DNA from: an uncultured Clostridia bacterium
GTDB lineage: Bacteria > Bacillota > Clostridia > TANB77 > CAG-508
DNA: 64,000 nt
NCBI GenBank assembly: GCA_944393565.1
Contig: CALYAM010000002.1
Location: 129,992 to 193,991 of the forward strand
Direction: 5' to 3'
The notes beneath the pieces were generated by a model. It made no database searches. It was given only the letters and a program-made list of their open reading frames with translations, and was not told the origin of the DNA. Of this stretch, positions 13,601 to 22,958 are shown piece by piece; the stretch's first letter is position 1, and every line of letters starts with the position of its first letter. Made by a program: the position numbers and the translations under genes.

Positions 13601-14416
13601 ATATCTACCAACTTTTGCCAAATCATATCTTCTTTCATCAAAAAACAAACCATTAAATAAATTTCTTGCAGCATCTACTGTTGGCAATTCACCTGGTCTT
13701 AACTTTTTATAAATTTCTATTAATGCTTCGTCTGTTGTTTTTATTGGGTCCTTATTTAAAGTTGATATTAACTTATCATCTTCGCCAAATAAGTCCAAAA
13801 TCTGTTGATCCGTAGCAATTCCTATCGCACGTAATAATGTTGTGATTGGAATTTTCCTTGTTCTGTCTACTCTTACATAAAAAATGTCGTTGCTATCTGT
13901 TTCGTATTCAAGCCATGCACCACGTATTGGCATAACTGTTGATGTATATATTTTCTTCCCAGTTTTGTCAAATTCTTCTGCAAAATAACAGCCTGGTGAA
14001 CGAACCAATTGGCTTACAACAACCCTTTCTGCTCCATTTATAATAAATGTGCCACTGTCCGTCATAAGTGGGAAATCTCCCAAATAAATTTCTTGTTCTT
14101 TTATTTCTCCAGTTTCTCTGTTAATAAGTCTTACTTTTACGTGTAATCTTGTTGAGTATGTGGCATCTCTCTCTTTTGCTTCTTCTAGTGAGTATTTTGT
14201 TTTCTCCTCCATGTAGTAATCAAAAAATTCAAGAACTAAATTCCCTGAAAAGTCTACAATTGGAGAGATGTCTCTCAATACTTCTCCTAATCCTTCGTTT
14301 ACAAACCAATCATAAGAATCTTTTTGTACTTTAATCAAGTTTGGCATTTCAATAAAATCTCCAACCTTTGAAAAGTCCTTACGAGAGCATTTTTCGTGCT
14401 TAATTTCTTTTAACAA
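10685..14416 (-). CDS. rpoB: DNA-directed RNA polymerase subunit beta, with a long acidic C-terminal tail
   Basis: 1243 aa; conserved RpoB blocks; about 60 aa D/E-rich C-terminal extension. Confidence 0.97.
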   Translation of the reverse strand: MLKEIKHEKCSRKDFSKVGDFIEMPNLIKVQKDSYDWFVNEGLGEVLRDISPIVDFSGNLVLEFFDYYMEEKTKYSLEEAKERDATYSTRLHVKVRLINRETGEIKEQEIYLGDFPLMTDSGTFIINGAERVVVSQLVRSPGCYFAEEFDKTGKKIYTSTVMPIRGAWLEYETDSNDIFYVRVDRTRKIPITTLLRAIGIATDQQILDLFGEDDKLISTLNKDPIKTTDEALIEIYKKLRPGELPTVDAARNLFNGLFFDERRYDLAKVGRYKYNKKLCLANRISGKIAFETIANPETGEVIVEKDAQITKEQAREIQNTGINIVDVKVNDKKIRIIGNGTVDIHSFVDEKVLDGITIKENVNYEVLKNILDNTDKKELNKTIKDRIGELVPKHITTEDIISSVNYLINLQYGLGKVDDIDHLGNRRIRSVGELLQNQFRIGLTRLERVVRERMTIQDLDVITPQTLINTKPISSAIREFFGSSQLSQFMDQTNPLSELTHKRRISALGPGGLSRERAGFEVRDIHYTHYGRLCPIESPEGPNIGLISALTSYAMINEYGFIETPYRKIDPKTHKVTDKVEYMTADEEDGYVIAQATEPMDENGKFINKRIKVRYLDEVTDVEPERVDYIDVSPKQLVSIGAAMIPFLEHDDAKRALMGANMQRQAVPLMMTESPIVGTGVEYRAAIDSGITINAKESGTVQKVTGNEIIIKNTNGNTDTYKLRKFKRTNGGTCINQRPIVKLGEKVIKGEVIADGPSTQNGEMALGKNVLIAFTTWEGYNYEDAILLSERLVKEDVYTSIHIEEYDCECRDTKLGPEEITRDIPNVGEDSLRDLNEDGIIRIGAEVRPGDILVGKVTPKGETELTSEERLLRAIFGEKAREVRDTSLRVPHGEQGTIVDVKIFDRSNSDELGPGVNQVIRVYIAQKRKISVGDKMAGRHGNKGVISRILPVEDMPFMPDGTPVDVVLNPLGVPSRMNLGQVLEVHLGAAARMLGWKVSTPVFDGASEEEIEDLLEQAGLEKNGKTILYDGRTGEPFDKPITVGVMYMLKLHHLVDDKIHARSTGPYSLVTQQPLGGKAQFGGQRFGEMEVWALEAYGAAYTLQEILTVKSDDVVGRVKTYESIVKGENVPEPGVPESFKVLVKELQSLGLDVRLYSEDNKELELKENIDEGIDLNLDENKVDPEELAIGTDDMEELNTDVDDEDVLDDDEDIIEDYIYEEVSDNDLAEENLLNDDDILDDEE

Positions 14417-14946
14417 AACGAATCACCCCTAAAACAGACGTTATAGCTTGGTTTGCTCAAGCATATAAACATCCTTTGATTTTTTGAGCAGATTTTCTTA
14501 GAATTTTATTCTAATTTTTATATTTAAAAAGAAGTCCCTCTCAAAAAATAAATGTTTTGCAATAGTATTTGCCTCTGCTCTTACGGCTATTCCTATTTGC
14601 ACCTTATTTAATTTTTAATTCCTCTTCTTTTAATTTACATAAATATAATTTAAGAACAGCAATAAAAAGGTATGCTGGCAAATCCATTTTACCAACTTAC
14701 CTTTCTATTTTCTATAATTAAATTATTCTTACCATATTATTAATATTAACCACCCTTGCTTTTCATAGTAGTTTAATATTCTCTTTATTGCTGTATACAC
14801 ATTCGAGCAAAAACATTTTAGAATTGCATATTATAATATCATAGTTTGTACTTGTTTGTCAATCATTTTTCCTTTTTATTTTTAAATTTTTTGTTTCATT
14901 TCAAATAAAATCTCCGAAATTTTTTTGGCATACCTAAACCATAATT

Positions 14947-15576
14947 TTACTTTTTCCTTGATTTGTAAAACTTATATGCAAATATAGCAAATATAATTAT
15001 TATTACTATTACAATAATATGTGATGCATCATCTAATATCCTTAATATATAATCTTTTTTGTCTCCAGCAAATGCTCCAATTAGAACTAATGCCGTATTC
15101 CATATTGCACTACCACATGTTGTGTATAGTATAAATTTAATAAGTGGCATTTCGCTCATTCCTGCAGGAATACTTATTAGGCTTCTTACAATTGGTATAA
15201 ATCTGCAAAAGAAAACTGTTTTATTGCCTTTTTCATCAAACCATTTATCTGCTGATTCAATGTCTTTTGGTTTTATTCTTAAAAGTTTTCCATATTTACT
15301 GCTTACTATTTTAATTAGTCTTTCTTTATTTAATATTTTGCCAATATAATAAAGTGCAATTGCTCCTATTAACGAACCAAATGTTGATGCAATTATTACT
15401 CCAATAACTGTCATATTGCTGTCGATCGTCATGAAACCACCAAATGTTAATATTACCTCACTTGGTATTGGTGGAAATAAATTTTCCATACATATTAATA
15501 GTCCTATTCCTATGTAGCCATAATTGTTCATTATTTCAATAATTAAATCTTCCATTTCGTTTTCCTTTCGTGTCAT
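14947..15576 (-). CDS. DedA/SNARE-associated family membrane protein
   Basis: 209 aa; multi-pass TM; DedA-like signature GKILNKERLI...FIPIVRSLISIPAG. Confidence 0.7.
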   Translation of the reverse strand: MTRKENEMEDLIIEIMNNYGYIGIGLLICMENLFPPIPSEVILTFGGFMTIDSNMTVIGVIIASTFGSLIGAIALYYIGKILNKERLIKIVSSKYGKLLRIKPKDIESADKWFDEKGNKTVFFCRFIPIVRSLISIPAGMSEMPLIKFILYTTCGSAIWNTALVLIGAFAGDKKDYILRILDDASHIIVIVIIIIFAIFAYKFYKSRKK

Positions 15577-15724
15577 TTTGCATTTTGATTTTTTTATTAT
15601 AACATTATTGTATAAAATAATCTATAATTTTTAAAAATATTATTATCAAAATATTTTTCTGGCAGACAATTTTGTCATACATTTTTATACCTTCGCATGA
15701 CATAATTGTCTTGGGTGATATTGC

Positions 15725-15916
15725 ATGATTCGCGAAAATAGAATAAAGAAAAATTGGACACAGGAGCAATTAGCTGAAAAAGCAGATATAAGTTGGAGAC
15801 AAATTCAAAGAATAGAAAAAAATGAAACTGAAACACGTGTACAAACATTAAGAAAACTGGTAAGAGTATTAGATATTCCAGAAGAAGAGGTTATTAAATT
15901 TTTAAAAGCAGACTAA
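15725..15916 (+). CDS. XRE-family helix-turn-helix transcriptional regulator
   Basis: 63 aa; QEQLAEKADISWRQIQRIE HTH motif. Confidence 0.75.
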   Translation: MIRENRIKKNWTQEQLAEKADISWRQIQRIEKNETETRVQTLRKLVRVLDIPEEEVIKFLKAD

Positions 15917-15995
15917 ATTTTATATATTCTTAGGAGTGTTTGTTAAAAATACTATATTATATAAAGAAAAAGCTGATTTTCCCATGCAATTAAAA

Positions 15996-16030
15996 GAAGG
16001 TATCCTAATAGGACACCTTCTTTTTTCTGT
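15996..16030 (+). terminator. rho-independent terminator (gaaggtatcctaataggacaccttc followed by a T-run)
   Basis: 6-9 bp stem gaaggt/accttc followed by tttttt. Lies downstream of the XRE gene and marks the left edge of the 1.6-kb duplicated segment. Confidence 0.55.
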
Positions 16031-17648
16031 TTTAGGACAATCTTAGTTTTATTTTTTTACTTTTTCTTTAGTACCTTTTTTTGTATTAGTACTATTCCTG
16101 TTACTAGCATTATACTTGCTACTATTCCTACTATGTAATATATTGTATTTCCTTCATCTCCTGTTGGATTATACATCGTTACTTCTGATACCCCTGTGTC
16201 TCCTTCTTTATCTCCACTTCCTGGTACATAGTTCCCTGGTATGCTCTCTTCATCTCTTCTTCCTACTTCGTTTATTCTGCTTATTATTTCTACTTCATTT
16301 ACATAGTTTAAATCATCGCTTCCTCCTACTGCTAGTATCTTACTTAATGTCATCGTTATTTCTTCTGTACTCTCTCCTGGTTCTAGTTCTTCATATAGTT
16401 TTTCTGTTGCCTCTACTGCTAATATTCCTCCTTCTATCTTCTCTTTTACTTCCCCTTTTACTATATTTGTTTCTACTCCTTCTCTCCAGCTTCCATTCTT
16501 ACTTGCATCAAATCCTAGTTTACCTGGGTAGTCATACACTTTATTTGCCCTCGTTGTTATTATTTTGTGTTGATTGCTTCCATACCTTTCGTCTCCTTCA
16601 AAATAGTTATACAACGTGTCTTTTTCTCCTCGGTTTTCTACCCTTATTTTAAAGTCTACTTCTAATTCTGCCCCATTTATTAACTCGTCATCTAGTTCTA
16701 TTTCATATGACCCATTTACTTCTTTTAGTCCACTGTTTATTCCGTTGCTTGTGTCTATTAATGTTATTCCTCTGTTGCTTATCTTTATTCCATTTACCTC
16801 TTTTATTGCTACTAGTTTTGATATCGGTCTTTTTATTAGGCCTAAGTTTACTTTGTGCCCTGGTCCTTCTTCTTTTATTCCTATTATCATTTCTTCTTCT
16901 GTGTCTGCATACATCCATGTGTTCCTTAGTAATTCTTCTTTGTTATTCCCTGCTAGTATTTCTCCTTTTTCATTTGTTTGCTCTACTGAGTAATTTATTA
17001 CTTCTAGTCTCCTATCTTTATTGTCTTTCGCACTTGATGTGTTTTCTCCATACCCTACATATGTTGTTGATTTATAGTCTTGCCCATTTAAGTTTATTGT
17101 CTTTTCTGTTTCTCCATATCTGAACCTTACTATATATCTTCCTGGTACATATCCTGTAAATATATATTCTCCTGTTCCTACATCTACTCCTCTTTCATTT
17201 TCATGTAGTTTTCCTCTTCTGTCCATATAGCTTACTTCTCTTCCTCCTGTTTCCATCTCTTGCCATATGTATTCATATTCTCTTCCTTCTATATTTACTA
17301 GTTCTATTAGTTGTACTATTACTCCACTTTTTAGTTCTTCGTTTTCTCTTCTTATTCCGTCTCCTATGTTTACTCCATCCATGTCTTGCCCTGTCACCAA
17401 GTCTTCCCACACATACCCTGTCATGTTTCTTTCTCCTCCTAAATGTAGGTTTAGTCCTGGCGCTCTGTCTGTGTCGTCCTCGTATGTTTCTACATATGTT
17501 TCCAATGTACTTATATCTATATTCCCTGGTTCAGAGTTCGTATCTATTAGCCCTTCTGGGGTTGTGTATCCTGTTATTTCTGTTATTGTATATTTCTCTC
17601 CTAATATTACTCCTCCATTTTCATCTTTTCTTACTTGATATTGTACAT
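16030..17648. repeat. Copy 1 of a 1619-bp perfect direct repeat, identical to 29422..31040 (3' part of the 1637-aa surface protein gene)
   Basis: A constant offset of 13392 is seen across all internal sub-ORFs, which have identical translations. I checked the ends base by base: identity starts at 16030/29422 and ends at 17648/31040. Confidence 0.9.
16057..17648 (-). pseudogene. 5'-truncated paralogous fragment of the 1637-aa surface protein, holding the C-terminal ~530 codons including the sorting signal and lacking the signal peptide
   Basis: The 482-aa ORF is identical to the C-terminal part of the protein at 29449..34362. Upstream the identity stops at 17648, inside the coding region. Beyond that the sequence matches the leader/promoter region of the second surface-protein gene (38751-38810). 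Confidence 0.75.
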
Positions 17649-17700
17649 TTTTGTAATATTTTGGCCATATTTTAATTGTATATCTTTTATGTAAATTTTT
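17641..17700 (-). promoter_or_regulatory. promoter/operator-like element, about 85% identical to the leader of the 1376-aa surface protein gene (38751-38810)
   Basis: Shared sequence ttttgtaatatt..catattttaatt.tata..ttttatgtaaa, containing TTTACA-N15-TAAAAT on the minus strand and the palindrome ATATT(GT)ACA-TTTT-TGTAATAT. Confidence 0.5.
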
Positions 17701-17713
17701 TAAGGAATAAAAC

Positions 17714-17750
17714 TAAAAAAATCCAACTCTTATCGGGCTGGATTTTTTCT
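17714..17750 (-). terminator. rho-independent terminator downstream of the AI-2E transporter gene
   Basis: Hairpin atccaactcttatcgggctggat flanked by an A-run and T-run. A near-identical hairpin follows the large surface protein gene at 29392-29414. Confidence 0.55.
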
Positions 17751-17793
17751 TTCTTGAGTTCAGTACAACTTTAAAACACCATATTTACTTTTG

Positions 17794-18921
17794 TTAGATT
17801 TTTTCGGAATTTAGTTTTTTGTTCCTTTTATATTCTATATAATCTGTAACAATAATTTTAATTACTGTAATAACAGGTACAGCTAAGAACATTCCAAGTA
17901 CACCAAAATATGCTCCTCCAACTGTCACAGCAAATATAACTAATAATGGACTTAGAGTTAATGAATTACCCACAATTTTAGGGTTAATTATATTTGCATC
18001 TATTTGTTGAAGTATTATAATTACAATTCCTGTCCAAAGAGCTTGTGTGAATCCTCCTGTTAAAGCTGTTATAATAAGTGTAATTGCAACTGCTATAATT
18101 GCCCCAAAATACGGAATTATATTGAATAGTCCTATCATAAAACCTAATAGTATGGCATATTTGACATTCATTATTAGCATTGCAACAGAAAGTATAGTTC
18201 CAATTACAATGCTGTCAATAATCTGACTTGAAATAAATTTATAAAACACTTCATTTGTTTTCGAAAAATATTTTCCAATATTATAGCAAACTCTTCTACT
18301 AAACATGGCTTCTGTAACTCTGTTTATAAATTTTAATATTTGTGTTCTTTCTAATAAAATATATATTGATACAACAATTGTAACAAAGAAACTGAAGATA
18401 CTATTTACAATTCCTATTGCACCTTTTACATAATTTATAATATTGTCTATGCTAAACCATTTCTTTATATCAATTTGTTCTAAGTTATGGATTATTTCTT
18501 TTGCACCTATTTGATTTAAAAGTGAATCACTAGGCTGGTTCTCTACGTATTCAGTTACATTTTTATAATAGTTTGGTAAATTTGTTGCCAAGTCTATAAG
18601 GCTTTTAGATAGTGTTGGTAATACAACATTAAATAAAATTAGTAATATTAAAAAGGCTATTAAATATGTTATGGCAACAGCTAAAGTTCGTGCTTTTTTT
18701 TGTATTATTTTTCGTTTTGACCTACATAATGCTTTTTCAATTCGCTTACATGGAAAATAAAAAATATATGCAACTAGAACTCCAATTAGAAATGGTGTTA
18801 GTATAGATATCAAATTTCCAAAAAACGAAGCAACTTCTGAATAGTTGTCAAACAGTTTGTATGCTATAATAGCACATACTACAAAAATAAAAACTTTAAT
18901 CCAATTTTTTTCTTCTTTCAT
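17794..18921 (-). CDS. AI-2E family transporter (PerM/YtvI-like permease)
   Basis: 375 aa; 8 TM segments; typical AI-2E (UPF0118) architecture. Confidence 0.75.
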   Translation of the reverse strand: MKEEKNWIKVFIFVVCAIIAYKLFDNYSEVASFFGNLISILTPFLIGVLVAYIFYFPCKRIEKALCRSKRKIIQKKARTLAVAITYLIAFLILLILFNVVLPTLSKSLIDLATNLPNYYKNVTEYVENQPSDSLLNQIGAKEIIHNLEQIDIKKWFSIDNIINYVKGAIGIVNSIFSFFVTIVVSIYILLERTQILKFINRVTEAMFSRRVCYNIGKYFSKTNEVFYKFISSQIIDSIVIGTILSVAMLIMNVKYAILLGFMIGLFNIIPYFGAIIAVAITLIITALTGGFTQALWTGIVIIILQQIDANIINPKIVGNSLTLSPLLVIFAVTVGGAYFGVLGMFLAVPVITVIKIIVTDYIEYKRNKKLNSEKI

Positions 18922-18936
18922 TTTTTACCTCTATTT

Positions 18937-19692
18937 TTATATATTTATATCAAGTTCAACAGGGCAGTGATCGCTTCCCATCACATCTGAATGAATCTTA
19001 ACATCTTTGATTTTATTTTTTATACTGTCAGATACAATAAAGTAATCAATTCTCCATCCTATATTCTTTTCTCTTGCTCTCCCCATATATGACCACCAAG
19101 TATATTCATTTTCTTTGTCTGGGTACAAGTATCTATATGCATCTGTAAATCCATTTTCAAGTAGAGTTGTCATTTTTTCTCTTTCTTCATCTGTAAAGCC
19201 TGCATTTCTATGGTTTGTTCTAGGATTTTTCAAATCAATCTCTTTGTGTGCCACATTTAAGTCTCCACATAAAATAACAGGTTTTTTTTCATTTAAGGCT
19301 TTCAAATAACATCTAAAATCTTCTTCCCACTTCATTCTGTATTCTAGCCTTGTTAACTCTCTTTGCGAATTTGGTGTATAGCAATTTACCATGAAGAAAT
19401 TATTGTATTCTAATGTTATGATTCTCCCTTCATTGTCATGCTTTGCTATATTCATCCCATATCTTATTTTTTCTGGCATAATTTTAGTAAATATTGCTGT
19501 GCCAGAATATCCTTTTTTTTCTGCACTATTAAAATATGAAAAATAGCTAGGAAAATTTATTTCAAATTGAATAGGTTGCATTTTTGTTTCTTGAATACAA
19601 AAAACATCAGCATTCTGTTTATTAAAAAATTCATCAAAGCCTTTTTTATATATGGCTCTTAATCCATTTACATTCCATGTAATTAATTTCAT
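18937..19692 (-). CDS. exoA: exodeoxyribonuclease III
   Basis: 251 aa; MKLITWNVNGLRA, QETK and the C-terminal SDHCPV are typical of Xth/ExoA EEP-fold nucleases. Confidence 0.9.
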   Translation of the reverse strand: MKLITWNVNGLRAIYKKGFDEFFNKQNADVFCIQETKMQPIQFEINFPSYFSYFNSAEKKGYSGTAIFTKIMPEKIRYGMNIAKHDNEGRIITLEYNNFFMVNCYTPNSQRELTRLEYRMKWEEDFRCYLKALNEKKPVILCGDLNVAHKEIDLKNPRTNHRNAGFTDEEREKMTTLLENGFTDAYRYLYPDKENEYTWWSYMGRAREKNIGWRIDYFIVSDSIKNKIKDVKIHSDVMGSDHCPVELDINI

Positions 19693-19898
19693 TTATACAC
19701 TCTTTTCCAATTTTTATTATACAAGTCGTTTAGATTCTTGTCAATGTATTGTTAGTACAGTAGGCAAATCTTTTTATCTGTTTCCAATTTAACTGTGTTT
19801 ATCATTTTTGCGTTATGTTATTTTTTTATATAGAAAATTTAATTTTCATATATAAAAAGCACTTTAAAGTGCTTTTTGTATAATCTATTTAAGATTTA

Positions 19899-20954
19899 TT
19901 ACATTTGGTTAAAATATACGTTTCCTCCTATATTTACACCTGATGCGGTTCCAGCAGCTCTAAAAGATAAGTAGCTGTGATTTCTTTTTCCATTTAATGC
20001 ATCAAGCACTGCTTGCTTAACATATGATGCATAATTACCATTTAGACGTTTTCTCCAATGATTGTCAATTGAATAGCAAAACTGTCCTTGTGACATATAC
20101 TGGCTTAGTGGGTCTGATCCCCTGCTTTTCCATTTGCTACTTACTGTTCTATTACATGCTGTTGTTATAACTGCAAGTGCTCCTTCATAACTTGAGCTAC
20201 ATTCTTGAGCTGTTATTGCACAAAGCAAGTCTAAATCTGCTTCTGAATAGCTCCATGTTCCATTTCCGTAGCTTATTGCTGTTGTTCTTCTTCCATTTCT
20301 TGAAACTGTTTGTCTTTGAACTTGTACTACTCTTGTTACAGGTTCTTTAATTATTTTCGAAGATATTTCTGTTCTTTCAATCTCAGCATCATTTTGATAT
20401 TTTACTTTATATGTTACTTCCTTAATACCATTTTGACCTGCTGTAAGCACTTGGTTTTGTGTTTTTGCAGCTCCATTTGAAACATCTTTTGTAACAGTTT
20501 CAAATGGTATTTCTTCTTGAACTACTATTATTTTTTCTACTATTGGTGCATAGTCTTTTAATAGCTCATCAATTCCTTTTTGCTCTTCTGTTTTCGCAAT
20601 TTCTTGTAATACTATTTCTTCCTTTGAAATTGTGATTGTTTTATCTTCGCCAAGTTCTTCTTCCAAACTTGGGTAAATATGTTCCTCTTTTGATAGTAAA
20701 ACATGATTTTCTTCTAATATCTCTGATACTTTTGTTTTACTAGTAAGTATTTGAACAGTTTCTCCATCGCTATATTTAATTTTTACTGTGTTTACTTTAT
20801 TATTTGAAGCAAATGCTACTGCACCAAATACAAATATAACACATATACTAAGCAATAAAATCTTTTTTAGTGAAACAGATGCCTTATCATCTTTTCTCAT
20901 AAAAAGTAATTCCTCCTTTGTTTTACAGGCTTTTATTTTTGTCGTAAAACACAT
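19899..20954 (-). CDS. cell wall hydrolase with N-terminal DUF348/G5-like region and C-terminal SleB-type (hydrolase_2) domain
   Basis: N-terminal signal/TM; the C-terminus (EADLDLLCAITAQECSSSYEGALAVITTACNR...) resembles the catalytic domain of the SleB/CwlJ spore cortex-lytic enzymes. Confidence 0.65.
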   Translation of the reverse strand: MCFTTKIKACKTKEELLFMRKDDKASVSLKKILLLSICVIFVFGAVAFASNNKVNTVKIKYSDGETVQILTSKTKVSEILEENHVLLSKEEHIYPSLEEELGEDKTITISKEEIVLQEIAKTEEQKGIDELLKDYAPIVEKIIVVQEEIPFETVTKDVSNGAAKTQNQVLTAGQNGIKEVTYKVKYQNDAEIERTEISSKIIKEPVTRVVQVQRQTVSRNGRRTTAISYGNGTWSYSEADLDLLCAITAQECSSSYEGALAVITTACNRTVSSKWKSRGSDPLSQYMSQGQFCYSIDNHWRKRLNGNYASYVKQAVLDALNGKRNHSYLSFRAAGTASGVNIGGNVYFNQM

Positions 20955-21156
20955 TTATAATTATACTACCATTTAGAAATTTTGTCAAATTTTAGGGAAG
21001 TACGGCTTTTAGCTGCTTTTTCAATGCATGTCCTACTAATCTATATATATGAAGCTCATTTTAAAATTATTACTTTTTTTAAAATTTTTTTCTATTGTAT
21101 ATATTTTAAAAATATGCTATTATATTTATTAATTATTATTAAGGAGGTTTTATAAT

Positions 21157-21711
21157 ATGTGGTGGGTTTTACTAGCAATAGTCTTAGTCTTAATTCTTGT
21201 TGTTGTTAATATCTATAACAGCCTCGTAAACTTAAGGCAAAAAGTAAAAAACGCATGGAGTCAAATAGAAGTACAATTGCAAAGAAGGTTTGATTTAATT
21301 CCAAATTTAGTCGAAACTGTAAAAGCTTATATGAGCCATGAACAAACAACTTTAACAAAAATAGCTGAACTTAGAACATCTTGGGCAAGTGCAAATTCTG
21401 TTGCAGAAAAAGCTAAATTAGATGATGAGCTTTCAGGTGTTTTGAAAACTATTATGGCAGTTTCTGAAAATTACCCAGAATTAAAATCTAATCAAAATTT
21501 TATGCAGTTACAACAAGATTTAAATGAAACTGAAAATAAAATTTCCTTTTCAAGGCAATTTTATAATGATACAGTAACAATGTACAATACGAAATTGGAA
21601 GTAGTACCTTCTAACATAATTGCTTCTATATTTCATTTTAAACCTGAAGAGTTATTTAAAGTAGAAAATGAAGAAGCAAGGAAAAGTGTAAAAGTAGATT
21701 TTAACAATTAA
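21157..21711 (+). CDS. lemA: LemA family protein
   Basis: 184 aa; N-terminal TM and the conserved LemA region NLRQKVKNAWSQIEVQLQRRFDLIPNLVETVK. Confidence 0.85.
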   Translation: MWWVLLAIVLVLILVVVNIYNSLVNLRQKVKNAWSQIEVQLQRRFDLIPNLVETVKAYMSHEQTTLTKIAELRTSWASANSVAEKAKLDDELSGVLKTIMAVSENYPELKSNQNFMQLQQDLNETENKISFSRQFYNDTVTMYNTKLEVVPSNIIASIFHFKPEELFKVENEEARKSVKVDFNN

Positions 21712-21715
21712 TTTA

Positions 21716-21752
21716 AAAGGATTGAGCAGTTTTAAGTTCAATCCTTTTATTT
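21716..21752 (+). terminator. rho-independent terminator after lemA
   Basis: Perfect 10-bp inverted repeat aaaggattga...tcaatccttt followed by ttatttaaa. Confidence 0.6.
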
Positions 21753-21776
21753 AAAGTATCTTTCATAAAAAAGTTT

Positions 21777-22574
21777 TTATATGTTAAATATTTTTTCTGT
21801 GTTTTGATATGTTATTTTCGCTACATCTTCTATTGATATTTGTTTTATCTGTGCTATTTTCTTTGCAGTATATTTTAAATTACTAGAATCATTTCTTGTA
21901 CCTCTTACCGGTTCTGGAGCTAAATATGGACTATCTGTCTCTATTAATAGTTTTTCAATTGGTACTTGTTTTATAATTTCATCTGCATTTTTTGCATTTT
22001 TGAATGTACAAGCTCCTGCAAGTGAAATATAATATCCCAATTTTAATGCATCTTTTATTAGTTCTAAATTTAGCTGGCAACAATGAAATACACCTTTTCT
22101 TTTGCATGGGCACTTCTTTAAAATTGCAATAGTATCTATATAGGCGTCTCTTGAGTGAATTACAATAGGCATATTAAGTTCATTTGCAAGTAAAATTTGT
22201 TCTTCAAAATATTTTTTTTGAAGAATTTTATTTTCCCTATTCCAATAATAGTCTAATCCAATTTCGCCTACTGCCACTACTTTATTGTTAGACAAACATA
22301 ATGCTTTTATTTCATTTATTGAAGTGGTTTTTTCGTCTATTATGTCATTTGGTGATATTCCACAGGTTGCATACATATTATTCATGCTTTTTGCTATTTC
22401 TATTGCTTTTCGAGAAGATTCATAATTATAACCCGCAATAATTACTTTTGTAACACCCTCTTTATGTATTTTTTTAAACACTTCATCTCTATCGCTATTA
22501 AATTTTTCATCATTATAATGTGCATGTGAGTCAAAAAATTGCATTTTTTCACGTTCCTTTATATTTTTATTCAT
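21777..22574 (-). CDS. tatD: TatD family metal-dependent DNase/hydrolase
   Basis: 265 aa; FDSHAHYND and GEIGLDYYW motifs. Confidence 0.88.
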   Translation of the reverse strand: MNKNIKEREKMQFFDSHAHYNDEKFNSDRDEVFKKIHKEGVTKVIIAGYNYESSRKAIEIAKSMNNMYATCGISPNDIIDEKTTSINEIKALCLSNNKVVAVGEIGLDYYWNRENKILQKKYFEEQILLANELNMPIVIHSRDAYIDTIAILKKCPCKRKGVFHCCQLNLELIKDALKLGYYISLAGACTFKNAKNADEIIKQVPIEKLLIETDSPYLAPEPVRGTRNDSSNLKYTAKKIAQIKQISIEDVAKITYQNTEKIFNI

Positions 22575-22944
22575 ATATCATAGTAACATATGCAGTAGCA
22601 TATTGTTTACAATGTGAAATTGAAATATCAATACTATGTATTCTGTTTTCAAACTCTACATCATGAAATATAATATATGGTTTACCAAATTTATCGTTTT
22701 TTATTTCTGCTTGTTTCCAATTTAGTTCAAATTTGTTTTCTAAAAGCACATACACTGCTTTAAATACAGCCTCTTTTGCCGCAAATCTTGCAGCATAATG
22801 TTCATATTTTGTATTTTTTTTGTTTTGGCAATATTCTATTTCTCCATCAGTGTATATTTCTTTTAAAAATCTTAATCCCGATTTTTCTATTGCATCTTGT
22901 ATTCTGTTTATTTCTATAATGTCTGTTCCACACGCGATTTTCAT
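22567..22944 (-). CDS. acpS: holo-[acyl-carrier-protein] synthase
   Basis: 125 aa; GTDIIEINRI 4'-phosphopantetheinyl transferase motif. Confidence 0.85.
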   Translation of the reverse strand: MKIACGTDIIEINRIQDAIEKSGLRFLKEIYTDGEIEYCQNKKNTKYEHYAARFAAKEAVFKAVYVLLENKFELNWKQAEIKNDKFGKPYIIFHDVEFENRIHSIDISISHCKQYATAYVTMIYE

Positions 22945-22958
22945 GCCATGTCATTCCT

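Noticed and set aside
15996-16030. Possibility that the 1.6-kb duplicate is bounded by IS-like inverted repeats or a transposase
   Set aside because: No transposase ORF and no terminal inverted repeats at the copy boundaries. The boundaries are a terminator U-tract on one side and a palindromic microhomology on the other, which is more consistent with recombination than with transposition.
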